Source: Stegostoma tigrinum (lineage: Eukaryota). Taken from it: a DNA stretch of 64,000 bases. Below the pieces are notes generated by a model that was not told the DNA's origin, did not search any database, and worked only from the letters and a program-made list of their open reading frames with translations. Positions 24,600 through 37,099 of this stretch are shown in pieces. The DNA lies in the NCBI RefSeq assembly GCF_030684315.1, contig NC_081387.1, positions 5,560,497 through 5,624,496 on the forward strand, given 5' to 3'. The stretch's first letter is position 1. The number at the start of each line of letters is the position of its first letter. The position numbers and the translations under genes are program-made.

Positions 24600-25770
24600 G
24601 GCATCCTAGAGGTGACTATAGAACAGTCTATGGATTTCATAGAGGCCTTTGATAAGGTTCCACATGGTAGGCTGCCATGGAAGGTTAGATTGCATGGAAT
24701 CCAGGGAGAGCTGGCAAATTGGATACACAATTGGCTTGATGGTGGCATGCAGAGGGTAATGGTGGAAGGATCCTTGTTGGACTGGAGGCCCATGACTAGC
24801 GGTGTGTCTCAGGGGTTGGGCCCATTGCTGTTTGTTATCGATATCAGTGTTTTGGATGAGAATGTACAAGGCATGATTAGCAAGTTTGCAGATGACACTA
24901 AAGTGGGCGGTATCATCGATAGAAATTGCAGTAGGATCTCAATCAGCTGGGGAAGTGTGCCAAGCAATTGCAAATGGAGTTTCATCTTGATAAGTGTGAG
25001 ATACTGCATTTTGCAAAGTCAAATCAAGGTAGGAGTTTCATGGTGAATGGTAGGGCCTTAAGGAGTGTACTGGAACAGAGGGAACTTGGGGTTCAGGTAC
25101 ACGGTTCTCTGCAAGTGGAGTCACAGGTAGATAGGGCAGTGAAGAAGGCTTTTGCCACACCAGTCAGGGCATTGAGTATAGACGTTGGGAAGTTATTTCG
25201 CAGTTGTACAGGACTTTGGCAAGGCCGCACTTGGAGTATTTTGTTTAGCTTTGGTCACCTAACTATAGGAAGGATGTTATTAAGCCAGGAAGAGTGCAGA
25301 AGAAATGGCCAGGACTCAAGGGACTGAGTTATAGGGAGAAGTTAGACAGGCTAGGACTTTTCTCTTTAGTGCATAGGAGCCTGAGGATGTATCTCATAGA
25401 AGTGTATGTGATCATGAGGGGCATGGATAGGGTGAATGCACTCAGTCTTTTTCCCAGGGTTGGGGAATCAAGGACTAGAGTGCACCAGTTTAAGGTAAGA
25501 GGGGAAAGAATACATGGGAACTTAAGGAGCAACTTTTTTTTTAATACAGAGGGTGGCAAGCACATGGAATGAGCTGCTAGTCTAAGTGGTTGAGGCGGGT
25601 ACATTAACAGCATTTAAAAGACATTTGGACAAATACATGAATAGGAAAGTTTTAGAAAGATATAGGCCAATTGCAGGGAAATGGGGTTAGCATGGATGGA
25701 TGTTTTGGTCGGCATAGACCAGTTTGAGCCAAAGGGCCTGTCTCCATGCTGTGGGACTCTATGACTATAA
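24600..25770 (+). mobile_element. CR1/HER1-like LINE, RT-to-3' fragment
   Basis: MDF.AFDKVPHGRL, SGVSQGLGPLLF, KFADDTK, LDRLGLFSL, 3' tail ctctatgacta. Confidence 0.9.
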
Positions 25771-25918
25771 CTCCATAACAGAAACTGACCTGACTACCAT
25801 ATAAATAAGTGAAGTCACCATAGTCCCAGAGCACAGTAGGGATGATCTGTCATTACGGAAAACAGTTGGTGATGGTTGAGCTTGCCCAGTTTGACATTCC
25901 ACTCCCTCTGTTACTTAC

Positions 25919-26035
25919 CTCTCTGAGTCCTTTTCCACATTACTAATATAATTATTCCGACTATAACAGCCAGGGGAATGATCACAAATCCTGTTATTTC
26001 AAGATGCAAGTGTCTGGTGCCATTTCCTGGGTTTT
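25919..26035 (-). CDS. MHC class I-like gene B, connecting peptide and transmembrane exon
   Basis: Acceptor tgtgtttcag|, donor G|gtaagt, 117 nt, phase 1/1. Translates ENPGNGTRHLHLEITGFVIIPLAVIVGIIILVMWKRTQRG (hydrophobic helix then basic stop-transfer). Absent from the ORF track. Confidence 0.88.
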
Positions 26036-26172
26036 CTGAAACACATTTGAATAAGATTATGATTATTACTCTGTTCCTGAACCCATACCCAGTTCTGAGT
26101 TAGCCTGTTTGTGTGTGGTCATTGTTCCCAGGATTACATTACAAAGAGGTGGCAGAACTAATTGTTCTCAAA

Positions 26173-27936
26173 GATAACAAAGTGTGGAGCTGGATGAACA
26201 CAGCAGGACAAGCAGCATCTCAGGAGCACAAAAGCTGACGTTTCGGGCCTAGACCCTTCATCAGAGAGGGGGATGGGGAGAGGGAACTGGAATAAATAGG
26301 GAGAGAGGGGGAGGCGGACCGAAGATGGACAGAAAAGAAGATAGGTAGAGAGGAGAGTATAGGTGAGGAGGTAGGGAGGGGACAGGTCAGTCCAGGGAAG
26401 ACGGACAGGTCAAGGAGGTGGGATAAGGTGGTAGGTAGGAAATGGAGGTGCGGCTTGAGGTGGGAAGAAGGGATGGGTGAGAGGAAGAACAGGTTAGGGA
26501 AGCGGGGACAGGCTGGGCTGGTTTTGGGATGCAGTGGGGGAAGGGGAGATTTTGAAGCTTGTGAAATCCACATTGATACCATTGGACTGCAGGGTTCCCA
26601 AGTGGAATATGAGTTGCTGTTTTTGCAGCCTTCGGGTGGCATCATTGTGGCACTGCAGGAGGCCCATGATGGACATGTCGTCTGAGGAATGGGAAGGGGA
26701 GTTAAAATGGTTCACGACTGGGAGGTGCAGTTGTTTGTTGCGAACCGAGCGAAGGCATTCTGTAAAGCGGTCCTCAAGCCTCCGCTTGGTTTCCCCAATG
26801 TAGAGGAAGGATCGCAGAGGAGCATGATGAGTTGTATCCGGAGGTTGGTGGGGTGGTATGCGAGAACGAGGGGGATCCTCCGGAGGTTGGTGGGGTGGTA
26901 TTGAGAACGAGGGGGATACAACGCATCATCCTCCGACACTTCCGCCATCTACAATCCGACCCCACTACCCAAGCTATTTTTCCATCCCCACCCCTGTCTG
27001 CTTTCCGGATAGACCACTCTCTCCACGACTCTCTTGTCCGCTCCACACTCCCCTCCAACCCACCACACCCGGCACCTTCCCCTGCAACTGCAGGAAGTGC
27101 TACACTTGCCCCCACACCTCCTCCCTCACCCCCATCCCAGGCACCAAGATGACCTTCCATGTCAAGCAGATGTTCACCTGCACATCTGCCAATGTGGTAT
27201 ATTGTATCCATTGTACCCGGTGTGGCTTCCTCTACATTGGGGAAACCAAGCGGAGGCTTGGGGACTGCTTTGCAGAACACCTCCGCTTAGTTCGCAATAA
27301 ACAACTGCACCTCCCAGTCGCGAACCATTTTTTAACTCCCCCTCCCATTCCTCAGACAACGTGTCCATCATGGGCCTCCTGCAGTGCCACAATGATGCCA
27401 CCCGAAGGTTGCAAAAACAGCAACTCATATTCCACTTGGGAACCCTGCAGCCCAATGGTATCAATGTGGATTTCACAAGCTTCAAAATCTCCTCTCCCCC
27501 CACTGCATCCCAAAACCAGGCCAGTTCTTCACCTCCCCCCACTGCATCCCTAAACCAGCCAAGCCTGTCCCCGCTCCCCTAACCCGTTCTTCCTCTCATC
27601 CATCCCTTCCTCCCACCTCAAGCCGCACCTCCATTTCCTATCTACCATCTCATCCCGCCTCCTTGATCTGTCCGTCTTCCCTGGACTGACCTATCCCCTC
27701 CCTACCTCCTCACCTATATTCTCTTCTCTACCTATCTTCTTTTCTCTCCATCTTCGGTCCGCCTCCCCCTCTCTCCCTATTTATTCCAGTTTCCTCACCC
27801 CATCCCCCTCTCTGGTGAAGGGTCTAGGCCTGAAATGTCAGCTTTTGTGCTCCTGAGATGCTGCTGGGCCTGCTGTGTTCATCCAGCTCCACACTTTATT
27901 ATCTTGGATTCTCCAGCATCTGCAGTTCCCATTATC
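26173..27936. mobile_element. Penelope-like (Neptune-type GIY-YIG) element with long inverted arms
   Basis: TCTSANVVYCIHCTRCGFLYIGETKRRLGDCFAEH on +. About 26173-26810 is an inverted copy of about 27230-27905. 16-bp TSD actaat(tg/ca)ttctcaaa at 26157-26172 and 27937-27952. Confidence 0.92.
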
Positions 27937-28409
27937 ACTAATCATTCTCAAACTTCAGCTAATGACAAACACCTCATTCCCACTGAAATAAAGGCCACCC
28001 TTTAGTTGTATTGCTAAAGACTTCTGGCTCATGGTTCTATCCAGCATCAGTCTCTTCTTTGTAATCTGCGACAGGTAATGGTTTCCCCTTTACTTATTAA
28101 TGACTGCTGTCTGTCTCTAATAGGTTTTTGCAAACTTTTTATGTACACTATTATATGAAATAATGTTCTTTGTACATACATCTGTTACTAGTAAAAATTA
28201 TTACATCATTTTTTCATCATCTTGTGCATATAACTGATTCGACATCAACATCTTCATCATCATTTTGTCTTTACACTACAGTCCCCCACCCACCCTGAGT
28301 TCCTCTCGATTTTTACATGAATACATTTAACTATTTCTTTAAACTTTAAACATCTCCCACCATTAACACAACCACCTAGCACCAACATCTGAACTTCACA
28401 GGTTAAGTC

Positions 28410-29125
28410 TGTAGCCAGAGGGGCACTCAAAACGGTAGAATCGGATAATACACCAAGCAGTATCGGTGCAAAGATACTGAAATAAACAAGCTGCAGACCC
28501 AGACAGGCAGCACGGTACACAATTGACTAAGCCTATTTACCAGGACAATAGGAAACATCGAGCTGTATCCGGAACAAAGGGACACCTCGCACTCTTATCT
28601 GGGAAGCCTGACTTACATGTCCCTGACCCTTTCAGAAACAGAAAACCTAAGACCAGCTCACCATCTGCTTGGCAATGCCTGATTGGCTCTGATCAATTAG
28701 GGTAATCAATTCTTGATTGATCCATTGGTGGGAATCGAAGATCCTCCCAAAGGGGTGCGGAAGCTTTCAAGGATAAGAATCACCGCAACAGCACCTTCAG
28801 GACTTGTAACTTGAGACCAACCACCATAAGAAGAGATGCCCCTAGGAACCACAGACAGGAAGACCAGACACCCACCACCACATGGATCAAGGCCAAGGTC
28901 TAGTGCGGTGATGTTTGATCATTCCAAGTTATGCTAAAGTACAAGATACTGATTTAGACATACAGTATTAATTGTCGAATTTATAATGTTAATTGTTAAG
29001 CTTGGCATAATTGCTATCATCGTATTAATTGTGTTATAATCAATAAAGATCATTTCATATTGTTTTTAAGAGTCTACTCACGGTCCTTTGTGGAATATAC
29101 TAAACAGTGTGTGGCGAGCGCAACA
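28410..29125 (+). mobile_element. Solo LTR
   Basis: TGTAG...CAACA termini, exact 4-bp TSD agtc (28406-28409, 29126-29129), gattgg motifs, AATAAA at about 29042, 716 bp. Confidence 0.8.
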
Positions 29126-29155
29126 AGTCTTTGTAGCATCTTACAATTTATTCTG

Positions 29156-30969
29156 AGATAGTAGGGACTGCTGATGCTGGAGTCTGAAATAACAAGGTGT
29201 GGAGCTGGATGAACACAGCAGGCCAGATAGCATCAGAGGAACAGGAAAGCTGACATTTCAGGTCTTTTCTGAAGAAGGGTCTCGACCTGAAACATCAAAC
29301 TTTCCTGCTTCTCTGCTGCTTGGCTTGCTGTGTTCATCCAGCTCCATACCGTGTTATTTCAGGTCTGGACCCTTCTTCAGAAATGAGGGTGGGGAAGGGG
29401 GCTCTGAAATAAATAGAGACAGCGGGGCGGTGATAGAAGGAGCAGATAGGTGGAAGAGGCAGCTGGCAGGTCAAGGGGGCGGGGATAAGCTAGTAAAGAT
29501 GAGTGTGGGTAGGAAATGAGGGTGAAGGTGTTGGCCAGTGAGGTGGGAGGAGCAGGTAGGTGGAAGAGAAAGCAGACCGGTCAAGGAGGCAGGTTGAGAG
29601 GGGGGCGCGGGTCTTGGGATGAGGTCAGGGATGGGGAGATTTTGAAGATTGTAAAGTCCACATTGAGGTCATTGGGTTGTAGGGTTCCGAGGTGGAACAT
29701 GAGGTGCTGTTCCTCTAGCCTTCAGGTGGCATCGTTGTGACACCGGATGAGGCCCAGGATGGACATGTTGTCCAGGGAGGGGGAGTCGAGTGGTTCATGA
29801 CTGGGAGGTGTTGTCGTTTGTCATAAACCGAGCGCAAGTGCTGCACAAAGTGGTCTCCAATGCCCTGCTTGGTCTCCCTGATGTGGAGGAGGCCACATTG
29901 GGAACAGTGGCTACAGTATAACACATTAATGGATATGCAGGTGAACATCTGCTTCATGTGGGAGGTTTTCTTGGGGCCTGGGATGGAGGTGGGGGGTGGG
30001 GGGGGGAGGTGTAGGTGCAGGTGTAGCACCTCCTGCGGTTGCAGGGAAAAGTGCCAGCAATGGTGGGACTAGTGTGGAGTGTGGAGTGAAGGACGGAATC
30101 ATGGAGAGAGCAGTCTCTCCAGAAGGCAGATAAGGGTGGGAAGATAAATATATCCTTCGTAGTGGGGTCAGATTGCAGATGGCGGAAAATGATGTTGAAG
30201 GAGAAGTTGAATCTGGAGGTTAATGGGGTGATACGTGAGGACAAAAGGGGAGTTCTGTCTGTTTTTATTGCGGGGAGGGGGTGTGAGGGCTGAGGTGGGA
30301 GAAACGCAAGAGATGCCATCGAGGGTATTTTTGACCACTGGGGTGGTGTGAAATTGCGGTCCTAGATAAACGAGGACATCTGGGGACATCCAGGAGTTGA
30401 ACGCCTCATCATGGGAACAGGTGCGGTGGAGGTGGAGGAATTCGGAATAGTGGATGGCATTATTGCTGGAAGGTAGGTGAGAGAAGGTGTAGTCTAGGTA
30501 GTTGTGGGAGTTGGTGGGCTTGAAATAGATATCAGTTTCAAGGTGGTCACCAGAGATGGACACAGAGAGTTCCGGGAAGGTGAGAGTTGTATCAGAAATG
30601 GTCCAGGTGAACTTGAGGTTGGGGTAGGAAAGTTGATGAACTGTTTGAACTCCTTGTGTGAGCACAAGGCGGCACGAATGCAGTCATCGATATAACGGAG
30701 GAAGAGGTGGGGAATGGGGCCAGTGGAGCTGCAGAAGAGGGATTGTTCCACATATCCTACAAAGAGGCAGACATAGCTTGGGCCCATGTGGTTCCTCATG
30801 GCCATCCCTTTCATCTGTAGCAAGTAGGAGGAGTTGAAGGAGAAGTTGTTAAGGGTAAGGAGGAGTTCGGTTAGGTGGATAAGGATGTCGGCGGAAGGGG
30901 ACTGGTTGGGGCTGCAGGAGAGGAAGAGGCGGAGTGCTTTTAGGCCATCTGCATGGGGAACGCAAGTAG
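29156..30969 (-). mobile_element. Penelope-like element, RT and GIY-YIG fragment
   Basis: KGMAM...MGPSYVCLFVGYVEQSLF...LRYIDDC (PLE RT), TDIYFKPT, LLHIRETK. 9-bp TSD tttattctg at 29147-29155 and 30970-30978. Confidence 0.88.
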
Positions 30970-31229
30970 TTTATTCTGTTCTTGTTAACATCACCACTGA
31001 TCAAGGGTGAGAGTCTTCAATCATTTCTGTAACATAATTATAATTCTGTAAAATAGCCAATATAGTTCTTTCTCAGTATCTCACAGTTTATAGATATCAT
31101 ACTCATTCAGTTTTGTTGTTCCAAGTAGTATTGATACTTTTTGGGTCCTTCTTAACATTCCCACCTGGTTTGTCAATATAAGAATGCAATTGCTCTGCCT
31201 GTTTGAGGACTGTCTTCTAACTTCCCATC

Positions 31230-33300
31230 TCTGATCTATATTAAGTTGGACACTTACATGACTGCACGCAGCATTCGCAGCAAGACAGATGGTCTAAAGT
31301 TACTGAAATAACTCCACAGAAGCCAGTATCCCATCACCAAGTCACCCTTTATTTACATGTGGAAAGTCCTTGGCACTAATCCAGCTCAGAGCGAACAGGG
31401 TACCTGGCTCTCCCGTTTTTATCTGTCAGCCACATCTCCCTGATTGAACCAAATTAACAGTCCCAATTAGGGAACTTTATATTCTATGAGGTCCACTTGA
31501 CTGACCTTGTTGCAATCACTGCAGGTACAAATACAAGGTTATAAATACAAATACAAGAGTACAATTGAATGACAATTACAGCAACATGGTTGCATGGTGA
31601 CCAGAACTGGCAACTGAATATTCAAGATATTTGATATTCAGCAAGGGTCGATACAAAGGAAACGGAGGTAGTGTTACGTTGATGGTAAGGAATGGGATTG
31701 GTACATTAGTAAGGGAGGATCTCAGATCAGAAGAACAATGTGCACAACCTATTTAAGTATTTAGAAAACAGCAAAGGGTAGCTGATACTGGTTGGATTTG
31801 TTTATAGGTCACCAAATAGTAGTTATTGCATGGGGAATGTTGTTAATTGGAGATGAGAGAAGCAAGTAGCATGGCCACCACAGTTATCATGGTGGCTTCT
31901 TTCTGCATATAGACTGGGTAAACACAGCACCACAGCTGTGGAGGATTGTAGAGCTTCTGGATTGTGTTTGGGATGATTTTCTAAAGCAGTATGTTGTGGA
32001 GTCAATGAAAGGGTTTTAGGTCTAGTATTCTGTAATGAAAAATAGCTAATTAATTATCTTTAGAGATGATGTGAAGGATAAGAACAGTACTTTTGAAAGT
32101 GAGGTGGTTAATTTTGAAGCCAGAGTGTTAAATTTGAATGACAGAAAAATGATGGAGGCATGAGGCCCAAGTTGGTTGAAGCAAACTGAGCAAATACTTT
32201 AGAAGGCATGATTATACAAAGGCAATGGATAGTCTTTAAAAAATTATGATGTAACTTATAGCAACTATCCATGCCTTCAAACTTAAAAAAAGTCAGTCAT
32301 CATGACAAACAAAGAAAGTTCAGGATTGTATAGGATTATAATCAATGATTCATAAATTTTCCCGACACAGCAGTAATTCTGAGGGGATTTGGAGGTGCAC
32401 AGAGGAGCAAGAAACTGCTGATAAAAAGGAAGAATAAATTATAAATTTAATCTTGCAAAAATATAAATATGAACTGTAAAAGTTTCAGAAGATATGTAAA
32501 AAGGAAACACTTGTCTACAATGAATAGGGGTGCATTAAAGACAGAGTCAGGACAAATTAAAATGGGGAATGTAGAAGTGGCAGAGAAGCTAAGTAATTAT
32601 TTTATGTTAACAAAGTATGGAGCTGGAGGAACACGGCAGGCCAGGCAGCATCAGAGAAACAGAAAAGTTGACGTTTCAGGTTTGGACTCTTCTGTCAGCT
32701 TTCCAGTTTCTCTGATGCTGTGTGTCAGGCCTGCTGTGTGCCTCCAGGTCCAGACTGTGTTAACTCTGACTCCAACGTCGGCAGTTCTTGCTATCTCACT
32801 CATTATTTTGTGTCTATTTTGACTGAGTAAAATAGCATAATTCTCCCAGCAACAGAGATCCAACTGACTAGGGAGAATGAGGAGTTGAAGGATATTAGAA
32901 TGAGTGACGACGATTGTACTGGGAGAAATAATGGGGCTGAAAGTACATGAATCCCCAGGATCTGATGGTCTACATCCTGAGTGTTAAAGAAAGTGACTAT
33001 AAGAGCTAGGCTTCGGGTTAGGCATTGACGATTACCTTCCAAAATTCTCACATTTCTGGAATGATCCCTGCAGATTGGACAGTAGCAAATGCCACCCTAC
33101 CATTTAAGAATGAAACAAGAGAAAATGGGGACTGTAGACTGGTTAGCTTTACAAAAGTAGCAGGAAAAATGCTACAATCCATCATAAAGAATGAAATAAA
33201 TAGATACCTGGTTGATAATGATCTGATTGGGCAACGCTAGCTTGGATTTGTGAATGGAAAATCATGTTCAACAAGCTTATTGGACTTTTTTGAAGCTGTC
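31230..33300 (+). mobile_element. Old CR1-like LINE (endonuclease to RT start) with nested insertions
   Basis: Degenerate CR1 motifs: KSFRRYVKRK, SPGSDGLHP, IPADWTVANATLPFK, RLVSFT. Confidence 0.7.
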
Positions 33301-33529
33301 ACTATTTTTGATTTAATACTAAGGGTGACTGTAATGTTTAACTTTTAACTTCATTCCTTCATTCTTTCTATCTTGTTCTTAAGTTTTTCTACTTGTACCT
33401 AAGATGGCACCGTGTGGGGTGACATTGAAAAGTTTTCACTGTACTTTGTACTTGAGTACATGTGACAATGAAATTGAAATCTAAATCCACAGTGGTTTGA
33501 GACAAGTGAAATCTGAGCTTTTCTTGTTT

Positions 33530-33842
33530 CATAGAATCCTCAGAGTGGAAACAGGCCCTTCAGCCCAACAAGTCCATGCCAACCCTCACAGTATCCCACC
33601 CAGACCCATCCTGCATAACCCACCTCATCTAAACATCCCTGAACACTATGGACAATTTAGCATGTCAATCCACCTAGCCTGCACAGCTTCGGACTGTGGT
33701 AGGAACCAGAGCACCTGGAGGAAACCCACACAGACACAGGGAGAACATGCAAACTCCACAAAGACAGTTGCCTGAGGGTGGAATTGAATCAGAGTCCCTG
33801 GCACTGTGAGGCTGCAATGCTAACCACTGAGCCACCTTGCCT
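33530..33842 (-). mobile_element. HE1-like V-SINE, essentially full length
   Basis: tRNA head ggtggctcagtggttagc...ttcaattcc, V-domain and CR1-like tail. Confidence 0.85.
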
Positions 33843-35237
33843 TGGACATAACTTGGACATACGCTTCTTGGAGATGTAGCAAAAGGTCTGCCCAGATTGT
33901 CACACCAGCACTGGTGCTTATCTTAAATTCTTTTTGCGAAGCCTGTTGCTTCTAGTATGATTGAACATAATCTCTGGTTTTCTCCGTAACCACTCATAAG
34001 AGGTATGTTTTTACTTATTTTTCTTTCCTTCCAATTTCTTGAATCATCTGGTTTTCAGAGGCGTCATCTTCCCATTACCTTTTGTTTCATTTTTTTGATC
34101 TGTGAAACTAACTGAGGTGTCAAGTCTTTCTTCAACAGTCTGCCTTTCCTCCATTGCTCCTGTATTCTGTGGTTTGCTCAGCTCCACAAGGTGAATGCTA
34201 TTAAATGGCTGCTGTACTGCTTTCGAGAACCAGGGGCCAAAGTCTAAGAACACTTGGTTAAATCATTTAGGACTGAGATGAGGAGACATTGCTGCACCCA
34301 GAGAGTGGTCAGCCTGTGGAATCTGCTACAACAGAAAGCTGTTGAGATCAAAACATTGTATGATTTCAAGAAGGAGTTGGATATCTCACTTAAAAGGTAC
34401 CAAAGAATATTGGGGAGAAGCAGGAAGAATAGGATAATGAGTTGAATAGGCATCCATGGTTGTAATGAATAACGAAACAGGCTGGAAGGGCCAAATGAGC
34501 TTAATCCGACTGCTCATTTCTGTTTTCCTGCTCTTTCCCAGTGTCCACAGGCTTTTGAGTGGTCAGGGCCATTTCACAGGGTCATAGAGAAATATAGCAT
34601 GGAAATAGACACTTCAGTCCAAATTGTACATGCTGACCAAATATCCTAAATTAATCTAGTGCCATTTGGTCCATATCCTTCTACACCGTTCCTAATCATA
34701 TACCTATCCACACGCCTGTTAAATATTTACTGCGCCAGCTTCGACCACTTCCTTCGGCAGCTCATTCCATACTACCCTCTGTGTGAAAAAGTTGCCCCTT
34801 AGGTCCCTTTTAAATCTTACCCCTCTCACCTTAAACCTATGCTCTCTAGTTCTGGATACCCTCACCCCAGGGAAAAGGCCTTGTCTATACATCCAATCCA
34901 TGCCTGTCATGATTTTATAAATCTCCTCAGGTCACCCCTCAGACTTTGACACTCCAGGGAAAATAGCCCCAGTCTACTCAGCCTCTCCCTATGGCTCTTC
35001 AACCCTGGCCCTTTTCATATACCTGACTAACTGAAACATCTAAAGCTGTAGCATTTTTCCACATTACTGCCCAATTCTGTGCTTTGCTTTTGGCTCGAAT
35101 ATTGTAACCTATTAAACGTTGTTGCTTATTTAGATATTAAATCCCAGTGTTCAGCTGTTTCTTAAAAAATAACTAATACTTTTTCATGGCAGACTCTGAT
35201 GACCTGATTAGGGATAAACTCAACTCTCAATGCTCCA

Positions 35238-35402
35238 GAGATAGTAGGAACTGCAGATGCTGGAGAATCTGAGATAACAAGGTGTAGAGCTGGATGAACA
35301 CAGCAGGCCAAGCAGCATCAGAGGGAGCAGAAAGGCTGACATTTCGGGCTTAGACCCTTCTTCAGAAGAAGGGTCTAGGCCTGAAACGTCAGCCTTCCTG
35401 CT
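35238..35402 (-). mobile_element. Short Penelope-derived element with back-to-back hammerhead motifs
   Basis: Exact 13-bp TSD tctcaatgctcca at 35225-35237 and 35403-35415. Confidence 0.8.
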
Positions 35403-37099
35403 TCTCAATGCTCCACACTTGCATCAACTAGCAAAATCACACAGGTCTTTACGAACTGATCGAATGGGTTTCCCTGGAATCAGGGATCTCTGAATAAATC
35501 ACATTCACTTGATTGCAGGTTTTGCTCTGGGATGAAATGGTCTTGAGTGCCTTTATGGTAGATTCAGAATCGGCAGTGCTCTCTTCCAACCCCTGTCTCA
35601 CAGGCGTGACTTCTAAGTCAAATATAAAAGCTTGGTGTCTCTGTTCATTGGCACACAACTTGATACCGTTCTATACAATTGTTTGTTCAATAACTTGCAA
35701 CATTAATATGAGGAGGCTATCTGAGTTTTTGAAGGGCTGATGCTCACATTGTGTCTGGCTTGCCCCAGTCTGATATTTTTCTTTACCTCATTCAAAGTTC
35801 TCTGCTAATGTTTTCCTGTGGATTTCACTGGATGGCACCAATATACGATTAAATCAGAATCTTTACTACTGCTACCATGGTTTGTCTTATCATGAGACTT
35901 GTGGCTCAGTGTTCTGCTCTGCGCATTGAAGTGATAGCTATTGTAGCTCCTTCTGCTTGTGTATGGGCTATGATGATTTCCCTTGTCTTCAGACTGACCC
36001 TGGTAGGTTTCGACAAACCCTACAAATTACACCAATATACATGACACTGCAAGTTCATCTCTCAGGAGTACAGAATGTTCTATTCTGTCTTCACAAGCTC
36101 TTGCCCATGACAGCTGATGTCATTGTTAAATTATATTATAAATTGCCATCTCATTGTCATATCCACTGTTATTATACTATAAACTCTATATATGTTAATA
36201 ATCCACTCCTACATTTGGATTTGCTGCCTGGCAATGTAAGATTAATTGTTGATGGGGGAGGGTAGAGGAGTTTGGAGTTGAGACTGGTCATGGGCAAGTA
36301 GCAGTGAGCACATCTGAGACACAGTTGGGACTTAAGTACTAAATCTAGGCTGTCATTTCACTGAAGCACTCTGTGAACACTGGACTGTCTCTGTTGGTAT
36401 GAATTGCCTTATTGTTTGCTCTTTGGTCACTCCCTATTTCTGGAATGTAATCTGTTACCTTTTTTTATAAAGATAGAGCCAAGCTATTTGTACAAGGTCT
36501 CTCATTCTTACATCACTCATTGTAATTGTTCTTGCCTCTAAGTGATCAATGTTTACTTAAGCTGATTTCTTCTATGCAACATACTTGTAAAACATCTGTT
36601 TTTATAACACTGGTTCATTTTCTTTTCTGTTCTATCTTTTTCCCTAGCTTCCTTAGCAGGTCACAAATGGATTTTTCTTGCTCAGTTCTCTTTCTCAATC
36701 AGATGTATTTCTATTGAACATTTTAATTTGCAGTTTTAAATGTTTCCCTCCGTTGATTAAACATCATACCTTGTAATTTTATTTACACATTTCATTTTAG
36801 TCAACTTTCCCTTCACACTGATTTAACTGGATTTAATTAAGATTCTCATTTGAGACTGGAATATGCTTGTTCCCAAAATGAATATGCAATTCAGTTGTAT
36901 TATGAATACCTTTTATCATGGAGTCAATTAATACATGATTACTAATTAAATTGTGGTTCATTGCATAACTCAAGCTAGAAAGTACTTTGGATCTGACTTT
37001 TTCTGTTTCAGAAATCTACTGTAATACTAATAATACTGAAATTACTGCAGTTAAGGTTAGAAGGGATATTGGTTGATGGCTGTTAATGGCTGATTTGAT

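Noticed and set aside
20270-28270. Apparent MGA/bHLH-ZIP-like fragments (DEDVDVES at about 28250; RGL.KEAENII at about 20370)
   Set aside because: These need several frameshifts. A single frame through 20700-19950 gives a much better GVIN/URGCP match.
35457-35489. Candidate 33-nt connecting-peptide exon EIPDSRETHSI
   Set aside because: Weak donor, and the TM exon at 26035 already includes a connecting peptide in the correct phase.
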